From: Lytechinus pictus
Taxonomy: Eukaryota
Reading direction: 5' to 3'
DNA: 64,000 nt
NCBI RefSeq assembly: GCF_037042905.1
Contig: NC_087255.1
Location: 5,146,001-5,210,000 of the forward strand
The notes under the pieces were generated by a model. That model was not told the origin of the DNA. It worked only from the letters and a program-made list of their open reading frames with translations, and ran no database searches. Shown here piece by piece: positions 13,701 through 29,178 of the stretch (the first letter of the stretch is position 1; each line of letters starts with the position of its first letter). Position numbers and translations under genes: made by a program.

Positions 13701-16700
13701 CATCGTAGAGCCCAGTCCCAGTCACATCAAGTGACCAACTCCACACCAACCGATTTACACCATTTTGGATGTGATCCAAACTTGGGTGCAATCGGTGGTC
13801 CGCCTGGTGGTGGTCCTTTTTCATGTGACTGGCGTCTTGGGAAGTAAAAACCCAATCAACATCCAGCATTCCATTTCAGTCCTTACATGGGGGTAAGACT
13901 GGAACCCCAATTCGAAAACATCCGACACCAGGTCTACTGGTAGTGTGGTACCAAGAGTAGGTTTGTTACTGTGGCCAGCTGGGAGAAGCACAGGCATCGA
14001 CCTCACAAATGCACTTTTATTATTTAGGCTTTTCTCACCCGCCGTTTTCTTGCGAGAAATATGAATTGATTTTTTTCTTTTACTTTTGAAGGTGCGCTGT
14101 ATGATTTTGCGATTGAATGAAAGGGAGAGAGAGACAGGGCGAAAGAGAGAGGGAGGGATAGGGGAAGATGGTAATATTGGCGTAAAGCTCTCTCATGCCT
14201 TATCGAACCGTGCGTTAGGCACATCAAACGCCCACAAAAGGTGTCAACTTAACCGGGGGCTAAGATTCAAGCACCCAAATTGCAGGTGAAATGTACTTTT
14301 TCCTTTCATCATAGCTCTTGTTTCCTATTCCCCAATGTGTTTTTCCCATCTTTTTTACCTTCTCCTTAAAATACCGGTTGGAATTGTCCCCCACATGGTA
14401 CAGTACCCATTTGGAAGTGGCCCCACCCTTTAACCCTTCTCCTGGTACATGGCTCACCCCTTGGTATGCACAGAGTACCCCTACCTTCGGGGGTCTTCAG
14501 TCTGATCTGGAGGAGGGCATGCAACAAAAGTACAGCCGAACTTTGAGAGTGGGGTTCCCAGACCCGAACGAACTTGGGCTTGTTTTCCACTGCGGGCGTA
14601 GGAAATTGTTATTAATTTGCGTTTAGATTCTCTGCTCATGCGTGAACGCATTTACTATGCGTGCAGCGACAAGACATTCAATTAGTTCTGTGATTTAACT
14701 GTAGGTTGCCCCTCAGCTATTTTGTTGCTCCTTCAACGTGTTGAGAGAAAGAGACGGTGGGGGGAGAGAGAGAAAGAGAGTCGAAGATCGGAGTTTGAAG
14801 ACCCCTGCCCCAGTCGTCCCAAGCAGACGCGAGTCGTTGATACATGCACGTGAGGAGCCCAACCACGTCCGCCGTGGCTGGGGCGGCCCGCTTGATGTTT
14901 ACCCCGTACCCACGTTCACCAGCCCGAACAACACCCAACAAAACCGTCATAAAAGAACTGTATTTCACCTCATTCATCTGTTCACGGTTCTTTTCTTGTA
15001 TTAACTAATTGTTCACATCTGACTGGACCCATGTAATGGTAGGATTAAGAAGGAATAGAAGAGAAAGGCGAAGAAAAAAACGAAAAAAAGAAAAGAGGTA
15101 TATCGAAGGTTTTGCCAGGTGTAGTTCTTGTGGCTTGTTAGCCCAAATATAAAACCTCAATTGTAGAGGATTAGTAATGATTACATCGCTTCGGTATACT
15201 CAATCTCATCATCGAGGACTATCGACCGGTTGAAGAGGTTTCTTTCTGGGAGTCAAAATTGCTCCAAGGTCTTTGTAACCTAATGAAAGGTGATTAATAT
15301 AAAAAGAAAATTGTCAATTCATTAGTTCAACTTCAAAATAATGCATTGCCATCCTTAAACACCTGAAGCAACAGGCTTTGAAGGAAATATTCCAAAGGAT
15401 AAAAACACTCATTTATTTTTTTATACAAGTTTAGCCAAGTCCATCACCTCGGTTAAAAAAAAGTGCATTCACATAGGTGAGTCTGTCACCTTGTCTTCAA
15501 AATAAAACTGCGAGCAAGAAATTAGACAGAATTCAAGACTTGCAAATATTTGTTGGTACTTAAATTATCACGCGTTGATTTTTTTTCTTCCCGTTTTGTA
15601 TCAATACCAATTACCTGTCGGTTATTTCAAGCACTTTTAGGGGATTCTTTCCTTTTGAATGTTGGTTCATTGAAAGCCCCTTTTATTCTAAGTTTTTAGT
15701 AGGCGTCTGTCTGGAGGTGAATTTTGAGAATTAGGAATCTTCACGATATTCCGATTTATACTTTTGTATAAAAAATATAATAAAAAATATAATAATTAAA
15801 AGAATTAATTTATAGCCCAAGGAGACTATGAAAGACAGACTAATTGAAATATGACTAATAATGGCCGCTGAAACTCACCAACACCTTCTCTCCATTTTGC
15901 TGAAATGAAATTACCATTTCTTTAATTCGTGACCATGGTTCGATCTCGATTTGATAGTGTAGCCTGGAATGGTAGGAGCAATTATGAAATAAGTGAAGTC
16001 CAATGAAGGTCGCCTTTTGGTCTTTCAAAACACTGGGGACCATAATACGTTAAATATTATCAATCTGATTGTTAGCTTATTAAATAGGTCACACTGTAAA
16101 GATTATAGATTTATATTTATTCTTGTTATATGTACTTGGACCGTCACACTCACCATTAGTGAAAGTATCGTCGTATCATTCTTTTTTTATATAGCAGTCA
16201 GCATCATTAATATAGTCGTATGACCTAATGTATCTTCATCCCTCGATCGTCATCATTGTCGAACTCTTTCTCATGATTCTGAGTTTATCTGGTCTTGACC
16301 TACCACCAAGAGATATCAGTAAAGCTAGGAGAGCTCTTCGATCTCACAAGAAGTTCGTGACATCATCGTCAATACCATTATCACTATCATCTACAACGAC
16401 ATCATCACCATTATAATTTATATCGTCATCAACATCGTCAAACAACAGTACGCGCACCGCATTGCCTCTATATTAAAACGAAACATCAAAGGTACCACAA
16501 TGATTTTAAGATGTCTATATCTTCATAAGATGAAGCCCCCTTACATGAGGTGTCACTTTATGCGAAGATTTATTTTCAAGGACATATATTTCATCGATCG
16601 GCCGCCATCTTCGACTGTTATATTTCGCACAGTATCCACGGGTACTTCCTGCGCTTCTTACAAATCACAAGACATATTGTCAACACCAACCCCTAGCTGC

Positions 16701-19264
16701 CGTTCGCCGACAAATTCCGTTGGGAGACGAATAAGCCATCTGCTTTTTCCTTCATTTCGTATCTCGTCAAGGAAGGATCAACCTAACCCTGCGATTTCAA
16801 AGCGGAAAGAGAATCGAATGCCCATTGATCTTGGAGGAAAATAGCAGGGGAAATGGTGTGTAGGTTGTAACCTCGGTACTGAAAAGATACGAAGAGATAC
16901 AATATCAGAGGTGACGAGGTCGCCTTTTGAAGAAACTTTTCAGAAGCTTTTATTCACTTCCGGTTGGTAGTTGATATCATGCCACCAGTCATGTTGACAC
17001 CTTGCCTTGTGTGGCCTTTACAGGTCTTTCTTTCATCTTTCCTCTATACATTCATTCCCTCAAACATCCTAGTTTCCAGTTAATAGTCCAAAAATACCAT
17101 CAGGACGTGCGCATGCGTCTGTTACCCTTTTCGTTATTCCACAACCGTATACGGTGACAACACTTGATTTTAAATAGTATCTTTAAGTTAACATGACGAT
17201 TCAGTCTAGGTAAACTATTTGATGATTCAAACACAATCTTAATGTGTGACAGCGAAAAGGCCTGTGAAATTTTAGCTTAATCTTAGTTAAAACTTCTTAC
17301 ACAAGCTCAGCTCGAGTGTATAAGATAGTATTTCTAGCTGTTCTATATCGAGCTCTGGTTCACGTAGCGTATATGTATACTTAAGTTATAACCCGAATAT
17401 GACAAAAACGAAAATACGCAGATCTATATTTTAATCTCATCGGGCACCCGATCGAAATAAATCTTGATAACCGTTAAAAGGCGAACAATTTCTAGTAATA
17501 AATTTGAATAATGGCATGTACCTTTAAAAGATTAACCAATATTAAAAATATGCTTTAAAACATACATAGTAATGGCGGTTCATAGCCAATCAAAATCAAG
17601 GAAAGTTGTCAGATCTGACAACGTGTCGGACAAAAATGTTGGTGGAACGCTCCTCTGGTGTTTCCAAATTCTCCTTTACAGTGTAGAGTTTGAAATGTTG
17701 TACTCCATTGATAAGGACAGGGTCGTCTGGAATTTAAAATGGCGCCACATTCCTTTCGTGTATTCTGCAAATCTTGTATCTCATTTCGTACGCAGGTGGA
17801 CCAATCAAAGCTATTAGTTTGATATTATTTACTAAATTCATCCGTTTGACCTGTTTACACTAACCTCTGTATTACATTATCGATCAGTCACCAATACTGA
17901 CAATCAATCGATGCTTTCATATTTCCTAACTGAGTTCCACTAAACCCAGAAATACATTTTCCTACTTGGGTGCAACACCACCGGTGAGACACGTTGGCCT
18001 ATACAGTGGCATACCTATGGAATCCGTGTCTGCATTATCTTGTGTCATGCACATTTGTTTCCTAGAGAAGGCATCGATGTTATTTCCTGATGATTCAAAC
18101 GATCCTAATTCGATCAATTTTCCGAGTGTGAATTCACAGAGGATGATCATCAGAAAGACGGACAAACCATGACAACTTGCGTAGAATCCCACTCCCTCTC
18201 TTTACATCCGTTTCAGGTATCGCCATTCACTGGTATTTCCTAACCCCGTATCCGACCCATCGGCCAGTTTCAGATGCGAGGTGAAAAGCTCCGGAGCTCC
18301 TGCTCTCTTTTGAGATCCATTTCTGGAAAGTGAGAAAGAGATATTACAGGAGAAGGGAAAAGGAATGGTTTCACGTAATAATACAACTCATCGATTGTCA
18401 CTAAGAAGCAGATGTTTCGATCATTCGTCACAATCACTCCTTTACTGGTACTTAACACCTTGCTCTTAATGCTCATTCATCCGTTTTTCGAACCTCAACA
18501 TTTACTCTCCCAACATGTTAAAACATGGTTTATCAAATATTGGGTTAAGAAGTAAAATGCATGTAAATAATTATTGCCCTAATACTCGTTAGTACGCCTT
18601 TTGCTGTTAAAACTGTCATGGTTGTGTAAAAATTTACCAATAAAAAATGATTTATATTTAATGATTTTACGAACATGCATGTTTAACCCAATACGGCATA
18701 AAGTTTTACTCAACACTTTTATGATATAGGAAAGTGATTTTGAAAATATAAGAAAGCCATGTGCACTTTTCGACAGGTTTGCGTGATTTTCGTAATCCTG
18801 ATTACCATTAGGAGGATTAGTAGAATACATTTTATTTGATTTTCCATAGAAATCTCCAAACTAAGGTAATGTAAAATATAAATCCAAAATTTATTTCAAA
18901 CAACTGCAAAAGTATATACCATACATTATCCATAAAAAACATAGTATAAAGATAGTCGTGTCCATGCATATCAACAGTATACAGTTACAAAGTTTACTCC
19001 ACGCCTTCGTAAAGTCATACTGTTCTTCAAGTAGGAGCCACGGATCTTCTTTGCATAGCCTTGTGGAAAGTAGAGTGGAATGTATCATGGCAATTATATT
19101 CTCCCTTGCCCTTTCCCACTCACCTTGCACATCCACCAGGTAACATTCTATTCTCGAACATTCTTTTCTCGGTCACTGCCCCCTACAATCAAGTAGGGAA
19201 TTATTCAATGCCATAGTAAAATTGTTTTCAAATTGACGTTCTTCTTCTGTAGACTACTGTAGGG

Positions 19265-19460
19265 TTCAAATTCAAATTCGAATTTATTTATTTCACTTCC
19301 ATCAATTGTACATACATGAATTGTATACCATATATAAACATAAATATTTGTATACGTTGCAAAAAAAGAAAATAATGATACATATGTTGTGAAAAAAAAA
19401 AAAAACACTTGGGTTGTCCCAAGAGTCGAGATTATGGCTAAATAAAGGCAACTAATTAAA
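19265..19460 (-). mobile_element. Probable LINE 3'-end remnant
   Basis: Minus strand ends GGAAGTGAAATAAATAAATTCGAATTTGAATTTGAA (AATAAA plus a short-repeat tail). Small hairpin CTTGGG-TTGT-CCCAAG at 19408-19423. Far boundary approximate. Confidence 0.45.
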
Positions 19461-21983
19461 TATAAAAATGAGATATCCCATTGGAAACGATAAGCACGAG
19501 GGATTACTGCTCGTTTGAATTTCATGAGCAACAGGTTTCAAAATTTGTCATGATAGGATGATCCCATTGATAGCATTTCAATATCACCTGTCAGTTGTAA
19601 AATACCAAAACATTCACGGTGATTATCTGTTCGTAGTGATGGTTCTGTCATCTTTACAGCCCATGTGCCATTATTCTCACCTTCCAAACAAACTCCGAGG
19701 AAAAAAAACAAGTTTCTTTAAAGATCATTCAAATATTTCAAACACCTGAAACCTTATGATCTTCAACTGAGTTGTTTACTTCCTAGTATCCCCTTGAGAT
19801 TTTGTATTTCTCTTCACCAACACATGTAGAGTATTTTCGGTGAATTATACTGTTTTAAATAAGTTAGAGGAACCTTTGCCTGAAGTATAGATCTAGGTCA
19901 CACGTGTGTCATTGCTTGAGGTTTCTTCCCATCAAGATAAAACCAGGGGAAGCTCGAAGGCACTTATTTAGCAAAAGAGAGTATATATTCCACACCTTGC
20001 GCCCAAATGTGGATGAAAATATTTCCTCCGGTTTCAAGTTATAGCTGTCACAGCCGAAGACGCCTCATCCGTCACCGTCCATGGCAGACTTTGAGTCGGT
20101 GTCTTTTAGGATCTTTTCTCGTGAATTAAATTTAAAGAGATATTGTGATCAAAATATTGAAGAGTTGAAGAAACTGTCTCAGTGCGATTGGTAAAGAGTG
20201 TTGTATGCAATTGTTCGAAGATGCTGTGGGATTTTGGAGTCCATGAAATGATCCGAAATTTGTTTTATTTAACTGTGAGTGTGAGTCCCGCACGCTGCAC
20301 ACAGAGTTCAATGTGCGGAATTACTTACAAAACTTGGTCCAAATATTTGATCTTGAGCTAAATTAATGTGTGTGGATTTTCCTTTTTTCTGTCCTATCTC
20401 ATTCACAATGATAATTTTTCACCTTTCCCCGAAACAGTTCCACTTTTTATCAGAGCACTTTGAAATATGCAGGCCGATTCAGAGAGCAATTTTCAGAGGA
20501 AACGGTAGAAACAATTACAATCGTCTGTATTTTTACTTTGCTCCCATTAGTTATCATTATTGGTAAAATATTTACATTTTCCAATATTTTTCAATTTACG
20601 TATAATAACGCAAATAACTGCTATATTTATTATTTCAATCATTTCGTCGATATTTATTTCACATATATATTGTATTGTGTACATGAATTATTTCATTATT
20701 ATGTTTAATAAAAAGTGCTAAAATGTGGTATTCTGTTTTGGGAACTTTAGATGTCTTTAACGGACAAATATCAAATAAAATACTAAAATCAGTAACCATT
20801 GGTCATGTCGGTAACTCAACTTGTTTTTCGTGACCCGACGTAAAGGACATCCCCAGCATGATTTACAAATACGCTCTAGCCATGAAAACAACCGAGAAAA
20901 TGTTACGAAACAGTAGTCCCACGCTTATCGACATAAACCAAACACATCGCGGGTTATTTGAGGACACTGTATTTTGTTAACTACTCGTATCCATAATGAC
21001 TCCTTTATCGATGAGATATCAATATGTGAATTGTAAAATGTAATGAAATATGGAAATGAACGTGTAGCTGGGAATATCAGTTTTTTATACATGTAACTAA
21101 ATGAAGATATTGATAAACATGTAAATATGAACGAACATAATTTTTGTATTGAATATTATCATGGAAACTACAAACACTTTTTTACAGTTTTAAAACCTAA
21201 AATTTAATACGATGTATGTGATCAATGTTCCGTGAGGTTGTAGACCTATAATTATCATATATATAAATAATATATAATATAATATAAATATATATAAATA
21301 AGTTCTTTGAATACTATTCGATAATTATTGAACTTTATTTTCTGTATTATTAACATCATTTTTTAATATTAATTTTTTTATTCATTTGATTATCAAATAA
21401 CTTCAGTATCATGATGTGATAGTATATACCATCCACAGATACGATAGCAGTACATGTATTTTATACTGCCTTTTGAGAGTCATTCTCACTGACCATTACC
21501 CTCTGACACTCGGTATATCATCTTGCATTCCTCATTGACGAAGGTGTTGCGTTTAATGTTCCGTGGAATGGCCAAACAAGCCATGCAGGGGTCCCTTGTT
21601 AAGCCGATAATGAGGACATCTTTGTTTATTCTTCGTGTATCGTTTACGGCGATCGAGGACTGATACCTGTTTTGATGTATTCTTAATTGCCCCTCCTGCC
21701 AACACCGCAGCCAGGACAACCAAATAAAAGCCTAACATTTTGCTACAACTTACTGTTTAAAGAACGAGATACTCTAAAAATTGAAACATACTTCATACTA
21801 CACGTATAACATTCTATAAAGGTTAATTAAAATTTATCTATATTGAATAAAACACGGAAAGTTCATTTATTGGTGAAATAGGTGAAATGCATGTTTCATG
21901 GGTAAATTTTCTCCGTCTGAAAAAAGAGCAATGATCAAAACTAAATAAAACCAACAAGAGTGTTTTTTGTCTCACATTTTTTT

Positions 21984-22217
21984 CACTCCGTCAGAGTTGT
22001 ATCAGAGAACACAATAGTCAAATTGACTAGACAAGTATTCAGCTGGGTACAACTGATATCTTAGTAACATTTCTGGCATATATTCTAGTTAGAAATAACT
22101 CTGTTTTTTTTTTCATTTTGATTATCGACTAGATAATAGTCAAATATGGCTAGAATAACAGTTGCACCCAGCTAACCCTATAAACTAGTCATTTTTGACT
22201 GATTTCTTCTTAGAGTA
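21984..22217. mobile_element. Degenerate palindromic MITE
   Basis: Nested inverted repeats AGTCAAATTGACTAG / CTAGTCATTTTTGACT and AGCTGGGTACAACTG / CAGTTGCACCCAGCT. CACTC... / ...AGAGTA-like ends. Confidence 0.5.
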
Positions 22218-24437
22218 TAGAGTGCACTCTAAATGGAAAGGAAACGGTAATATATTGCTCTATTTTCACTACATTCACTCGCATTTTCACTCTCTAAAAG
22301 ACAGTGATTGGTTATATTATAGTAAATAATGACTAATTTTCAGTGTTTTTTCTTTTTCTTTCCTTCCTATATTATTGCGATTTCTAGATGTCATATTGCC
22401 TTTGTTGTAATCTAAATATTATATAAAAAATGTAAATTTGTATCTTTTACCTACATTTTTTTTTGTATCTGAAGGAGCAGTCAATCTGGAGTGGAATCAA
22501 TTCATATCAGAGTTCTCTTTTGCCTGAATTTCCTTTACTGTATTTTCAGTTTTACTTTCCAGTTTGCAACGTGAGCGATGACACTATTTTTTCCATAAGG
22601 GGAAAAGAGATTGAGAGAAGAAACTGCACCACTTTTCTCACTTTATTAATTACTTTATACACATATTAACCTATCTGCAATTGAAATTATCACCACATCT
22701 TGTAAAATGTAATTTATATCAGAACCGAATTATTTGATACACAACATAGCGCAATAAAAATAAATTGAAAATTATTAAATCAAGTAAATATTAAATTTTG
22801 ACAAATTTAAGGTAAATTTGATTCAAATAAAAATGTCTGCATTGATGTCTGTCATTAACCTCATTTTCTTTCGTTTATCAGTTTGGTTTATTAAAATGCC
22901 CTTCTTAAAGAAATAAGTAATCTCGTGTATTTTCATTGTGAAATGTTTTTAGCATCCTCGTCCTATTAATTTATTTATTATTTTTATCATACACTCTCAA
23001 ATTGTAAGCAATTATTTTCCTCATTGCGCTTCCTAGCACAATGTTTAATGTTCGAAGTCTTTCATACTCAATAAAGATCGACGTATTCATAAACATGATA
23101 GAAATTATTTCCAATAAGTACAGAAAGTACAAAGAATACGAGTATGAGAAAATGAGGCAAACTATAGCTCTGTTCATTCGTTCTTTTACGGTATAAGATT
23201 CCTTGTGATTTTCAATACCATTTGCTTTATTTTTTAAAATAATGTAGTTTAGAACTTTATTTGCCATCTTCAATTTCAGGTAAGATGCTGAGCGAACTTA
23301 AGATAACCTTCAATACGACACCCACCAGTCCTACTTCCTTAAATGTAAGCGATAAACAAATCCTCTGACACGCCGTTATCTCTTTAACGCCGAGCCGCCG
23401 TCAACCATCTTCGAAGCTTCTGTTCCCAGGAGCTAGGCCGCTCGGGACGGCGTATCATATGCTCCGATTGCCTTCTAATTAAATTGCGACAAATCGCATC
23501 AGGACCTTGATACAGCAAACGGTGGATCTCTCTCTCTCCTAGAAAGTTCAAGGGGGTAACAAAGAATCATTATTACACACAAGAAGAAAGAATGAAGGTT
23601 GGGAGGACAAAGAAGAGAGGTGATCATTGGTGATGGGAACTTGGAAAATATTCGGTAAAAAAAGGGACATGAGAAATGTCACGTGATTAATGTTAGATTT
23701 CCACATTATCATGATCACAATCTACCAATTTTTTAAATAAAAAGACTTTTTTTTTCTTTACAAATGAATCGGAATGTGTTGTTAAGATGATTCTCACAAT
23801 GTATATTTCATCATTTTGGTAGTTCAATTCATTTTTTTAGCCGAGATGGATATTTTTTTGTGAAAAGTTTATAAATAGTATCGATATATATTTTAGGATT
23901 AGAACATCTTCCAATTATGAAGATTTGTGGGGATGGGATGGTTGCCTTAACACATATTTGTGAGTAAAAAAAAAGGGAAGGAAAAAAATGCTAAAACAAA
24001 TCATTTCGGTTCAATTTCTGTGTTAATCTTCGAACAGAAAAAAACATGTATAAGAAAAGGGGGTGGCGTTAATCAGGAGACTCAGTAACAAAATAAAAAA
24101 TTATATTCAATAATATCTATAATGCAAATCGAAAGTGAATAAGATACACCATTATAACATTATCAGACTCGATACGGTATACTTTTATCGCCATCGAAAT
24201 CATAATCGGGGCCTTCCACTATTATGTTCAGGAAAACGGAGAAAAAAGTTTCAAATACCAAAGGGAAGCAAAATTTCATTTTTTAGTTTTCGGAATATAT
24301 ATTTGATATGGGAACAGGTAAAGACGGAGTGTATAAATATCCATCCCCAAATAAAAAAAATTAAAACAAACATAAATATTTTTTTTTTAAAGAGGAGGGA
24401 GAAAGAATGAAAGAAAGAGGAAACTGGAGAAAAAGTT

Positions 24438-24560
24438 AAGAATCTTTAGTAGATACCTGGTAGAAGCTTATTCCATCCTCTCTCTAAAACGAAAAAGAAG
24501 AAGAGACTTGGGGGGGAGTAAAGAATCTTAAGTAGATACCTAGAAACAAGCTTATTACAT
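24438..24560. repeat. Short direct repeat (~40 bp, 2 copies)
   Basis: AAGAATCTTWAGTAGATACCT...AAGCTTATT at ~24438 and ~24522. Confidence 0.7.
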
Positions 24561-27500
24561 GGCGCTTGTAGGATAATGTCAGCTTTGCCTTTTACTGCTT
24601 TCCCAGGTGTTGAGGCGAATAATGTTGTTTTCGCTTAAACGGTTTTTGTATCTCCCAAAGCGAAAGGCGTTTGTTAAACACCGGACACTGATTTATCCAC
24701 GGATAGTTTATGCAATGTCTTTTGACAACATCCCCGCTTGTGATGATTCGGGCGGTAGCGCCTCAAAGACAGGTCCCTCGGTAGTGGGATACTCGGCGTC
24801 GGGTCGGCGAAGAAGCGAACCGCTGTCCGCTGGGAGCAGTTAAGTATCAACACCTTCGTTTCTCTCCGGCGCTTTTACACTCTTTTTTCTCAAAATCCTA
24901 CCTGCACAATGTAGAAACTGATCCATTTAACACAATTTTGAGTGATGCGTTTAGAAAATCTCTGTGAAGAGTCGTTTTAAGGGGGATATTAATACGACAC
25001 ATTTGATCACTTCACTTGAACGAGTCCGCCATGCATGCCTTTTTCCCCATTACATCCACTTGCCAATTTGAAGCTCGACCAATGATTTTAAGTTTTGCAT
25101 TGCATCACACGCAATAAAAATATATGAGAGAGGATTAAATCGCATTTAAGGCAATTTATTAGATTACATAGATGGTGACATGGTGAGTTATGACGGCATT
25201 GATAGCTAGCTATCATCACTTGGCTCGATGGGCATCTAGACTTTGTAGTCTTATTAGGACGAGGCTCGTTCGTTTTTCACACCTCTGTTCACACTTCAAT
25301 AAGAAAGAAAGAACCTGAAAACACAAGAGGGAACTTGACCTCCAGAATCCCTGCTTAGACCAGGATGACCACAAACACTAAACCTGTCAATAATTTGCTA
25401 AGGAAAAAAAAAACCCGCGAACATTTCTTGGGAAAGATTTCAACTTCTCATCGTCTCCTCTGGTCATCTGTCAAGAGGATCTCAGTTTTTTTAATTTATT
25501 GATTCATAACTATCCGTTTTTGGCGTAGTCCCGTAGGTGATGATCCGTGATGTGTTTGATCAAGGACGAAATCCATTATCTGTTCCCGCCTTGTCGTCTC
25601 TTAATATACATCCCTAAAAGGACAGGCCTACTTTCTCTTTGTTAGCCCTCGTCAAGAAAATTTTCTACTTTTATTTTGTTCCCGTTATAATGTATTTTCA
25701 GGTTAAAATTTATTATTTCTTCCAATCCCTCATGCTTTTTTCTTTTCTTTTGTGTTCTGTTATTTGTCTTTATTATGCACTGTTGGGTCCCTCTTTACTT
25801 TCCTAACGAGTACACAACAGGTAATATCTATCTCTCTTCCACACACTCACACAACCCCCACCCCTTTCTCTCTCTCTCTCTTTCGCCCACAAAGACATCC
25901 TATAGCACACACATACGCACACTCCTCCTTTCCGGTTCCCATGAATACACATTTCCGTTCTCTTTTCTGAAGACGAGTTTACAAAATGCATTCTGCAAAA
26001 TAAGCCATGGCATATGCATGAATCTAACTTTAATTCGTAATCTCTGTTCGATTATTTTTCTGTAAAAACTCAAATAATGACAAATGACATGAAAATAAAA
26101 TAAAAGTTATTAAGACGTCAAAATAATCTTTCCTTTAATGAAAAAACATATTAAAAAATGAGACAATTACAGGTTGGTCTTCATATTTTGGAAAGAAATG
26201 CTTTTCGATACTAATGTGACCTTTAACTAGAATTGTGCATACTGCATGCTCATTGTTTTATCCATCTTTCCATAGCTAACTAATTTCTGCTTAGGATCCT
26301 GGCAAACCTATTTTGTAAATGTGAAGAGGGTCATTCAAATGACGCCTGATCCATTATATTTGACTCACGATCTCTTGCAAAAGAAAAAAATGATTCCCAA
26401 CCTTTATATGGTATTGAAGAAATTAATATAGAGAGTGGATGATAACTGATGCATGTTATATTGAATAAAGCCAAGTAATAGCACAGTTTCACATTTTACA
26501 CATTGTGAGCTTTACACGTCCAAATTTGATTTTCAATTATTGTATTCGACTCAAGATGACACACAGTTCTCTTTCCTTTCATTTGGGAGAAAGGGTTGTT
26601 TTCACGGTGCTTTGGGTTTTAACAGCCTTTGGAGAAGGGCGGGAAATACAGATTGATAAAATATTGTGACCGTTCTTCGCTCAGACATTGTCAGACTGTA
26701 CTTGTCAATCCCCTATCTCGTGTATATCATATGGTAGGCTGGAAACTTAGAAAACAGAAATGCTGTTTACAGACCGAAATTTACAGAAATTAAGCCATAT
26801 TAGGAAAAATATAAAAGGTAGAATTGAAAATATTCCATGTTTATTAATATATGTAGTCATTTATTCATGTATCAGATAATTTTTTAATTGATTTATTCTC
26901 TTTTTGTATGAAATGTGATAGAAACCACAAGACAACGTCGAAATTCCAAAACTTTTACAAAACTGAAAAAAAAAATCGTGTAGCACATCTTTTTCTTCGT
27001 GTCATTTTAATTTATTTGTTTCGAATTTAATTTTCCCCATGGTGACGCATTATTTATTCTTAATAAAAAAAATAATAGTTTTTCAGTAAAGTGAAAAGAT
27101 GAGAACATTGCTAGGGAAAAAAGTGGTTATTTTTTGCCACGAGTTGAGGGTATCGGTTATTTTCTTTCAAAGCTGCAACATATTGAAAAAGTTATCATAA
27201 ACATATTTAAGTGAGAGTATAGATTTCAAGGGTAGGGCAAGGAAACAAATTATAATGGAAAAACATGAAATCAAAGAAGGACTAAGACAAGAATATGACA
27301 AACTGGGTGTGAGAAGTAAGGCAGTCGTGCTGTGCCCGTCCGCGTACCACCATCCAGAGCGGAAAGGCCCCCGTAGCTCCCCGGGTGAACCGGACAATAA
27401 GACGGTGACTCGACAGCTGCTAGGTCGAGTCTTCTGCTCCCCGAGGTATACGCCCGAGAAGAGAACCCAAAAAGATGCCGACATTTTGATATCAACAAAC

Positions 27501-28223
27501 AATGTCGCATAAAAGTGGAATAATAACCATCAAAACACTGGAACACATTCACTGCTTTCTTCTCTTCCACTTGCGACTGTGTGCTTCCCACACAAGTAAG
27601 AGAGATTTCTTACGCTCTGACACAAAGAAATTCGGTGTGTGCACAAAAAAAAGACATGCCTTATGTTAGATGTCTTGGTTTCGGAGACATACCGCTTTCT
27701 TCACTGTCACGTGTTGTCATTAACAACACTTCATTTCCACTATCAAATGTTACACTGAAAAACGAGTCTTCTATGACAGCGAAATTAAGTGAAAAATACA
27801 CACTCCATCTCATGATTCGCTTCTTAGGTCCTCGATTTGTAGATGCTCACTCACTCGTGATTTTAAGTGACTTCATAAATTAACAGTGACTTGTAAATTG
27901 CTCGAAATAGAAAAATATATTCTTTTTACAAACTTGTCATTTTCTGTTTCCTTCTGTTCTTATGTTCTGTATATTGAAAGCAATGTTTTTAATAATCTGG
28001 TTCCTGTTAATGTTATACATAACATTTCAATGATGTATTGGAAAGAGTGGGCCCGAAAAGACATGTGATTCTTTCATTTTAGATGATATGAGAAGTCATG
28101 AGATATCTTTTCGGGAAATTTTACCCCTCTGTTTTTAATCACTGTAATTCATCGCAATTTTATGGAGACCATTAATTATTCTTGGCTCAAAGACAAATAT
28201 TCATATTTAAAGCACAAAGAGTT

Positions 28224-28232
28224 TATATATAT

Positions 28233-28280
<48 letters not shown>
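28224..28280. repeat. (TA)n microsatellite
   Basis: Direct reading. Confidence 0.95.
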
Positions 28281-28284
<4 letters not shown>

Positions 28285-29178
28285 TCATTGGAATTGACTG
28301 TAATATTGGAATTCAACAGGTTTAGGCATATCCCAGTTTTGAGTGCTTTTAGAAATGTTAAATGATCAGTATCATACGACTTAAGCCGCTGATTTAAAAG
28401 AAAAAATATGAAGAACTCACTTTGAAATTATTGTTTGCTTGCCCCAGTGAAGACTAGTAGAAGCGATGGGAATTTTAGCTTAAAATGGTCCTCAAGTCGT
28501 ATTTTTCTTTTAAAGGGAACAAAAATAAATACAACAACAACCGTATATCCCATGGAAGATAAGACAGTGTTTCTACCGAGACCGAAGAAGCGTTAATTCA
28601 CCCTCCAAAACCAACATGCTAACAAGCAGTATGACAAGGAATAACCTAATTATCACACGATGGAAATTAGATTTTTGAATTGCCTGTGGATGTGTTCCGT
28701 TTGAAGTAAAAACAAGTATAAGATATTGTCAGTTTATATGAAGTCCTCCCTTTGTTTCAAGTTATTGTGAACCTTAAGGCTATTCCATCTTCGAACGAAG
28801 TATAACATAATTACAATTTCATTTCAAGATAGAAACACTAAAACCATAAAAACGCCAATGCGGAAATGAAGAGACGATCGCGCCTGTCACTGGTACGTGG
28901 TAATTTCGTGATGGAATATTATTTTCAAACTTTTATGTCAATAAAATTTCATCGTGTATTCAAACTCTCTCCTTCGAGGAAATGGAAGAAAATTGGGTTC
29001 TTGGTTATATTTTTGTCATGTTTCTATTGTACTAGTATACAGCAAATTACTATTCGTTGTGATAATAACCAAAACTTGGTAATTGAAATATTTCATCATG
29101 ACTATATCTATGTATAACTTTCATCAGTTTATTTAAGCAGTGTTTGTATCTATATCCTCTATTACAATATATGTTCTG

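Noticed and set aside
17962-18476. Cluster of short ORFs in moderately GC-rich sequence
   Set aside because: Stops in all frames and no motif. It may be a decayed TE or an enhancer but cannot be assigned.
21088-21458. TACATGTA octamers (also 1352, 43901, 44055, 61296) as Tc1/mariner footprints
   Set aside because: About six copies, one due to a duplication, against a rough expectation of two to three at this AT content. Not convincing without empty sites.
21486-21738. Minus-strand ORFs, one with a signal-peptide-like start
   Set aside because: No homology I can recognise, weak splice signals and no partner exons.
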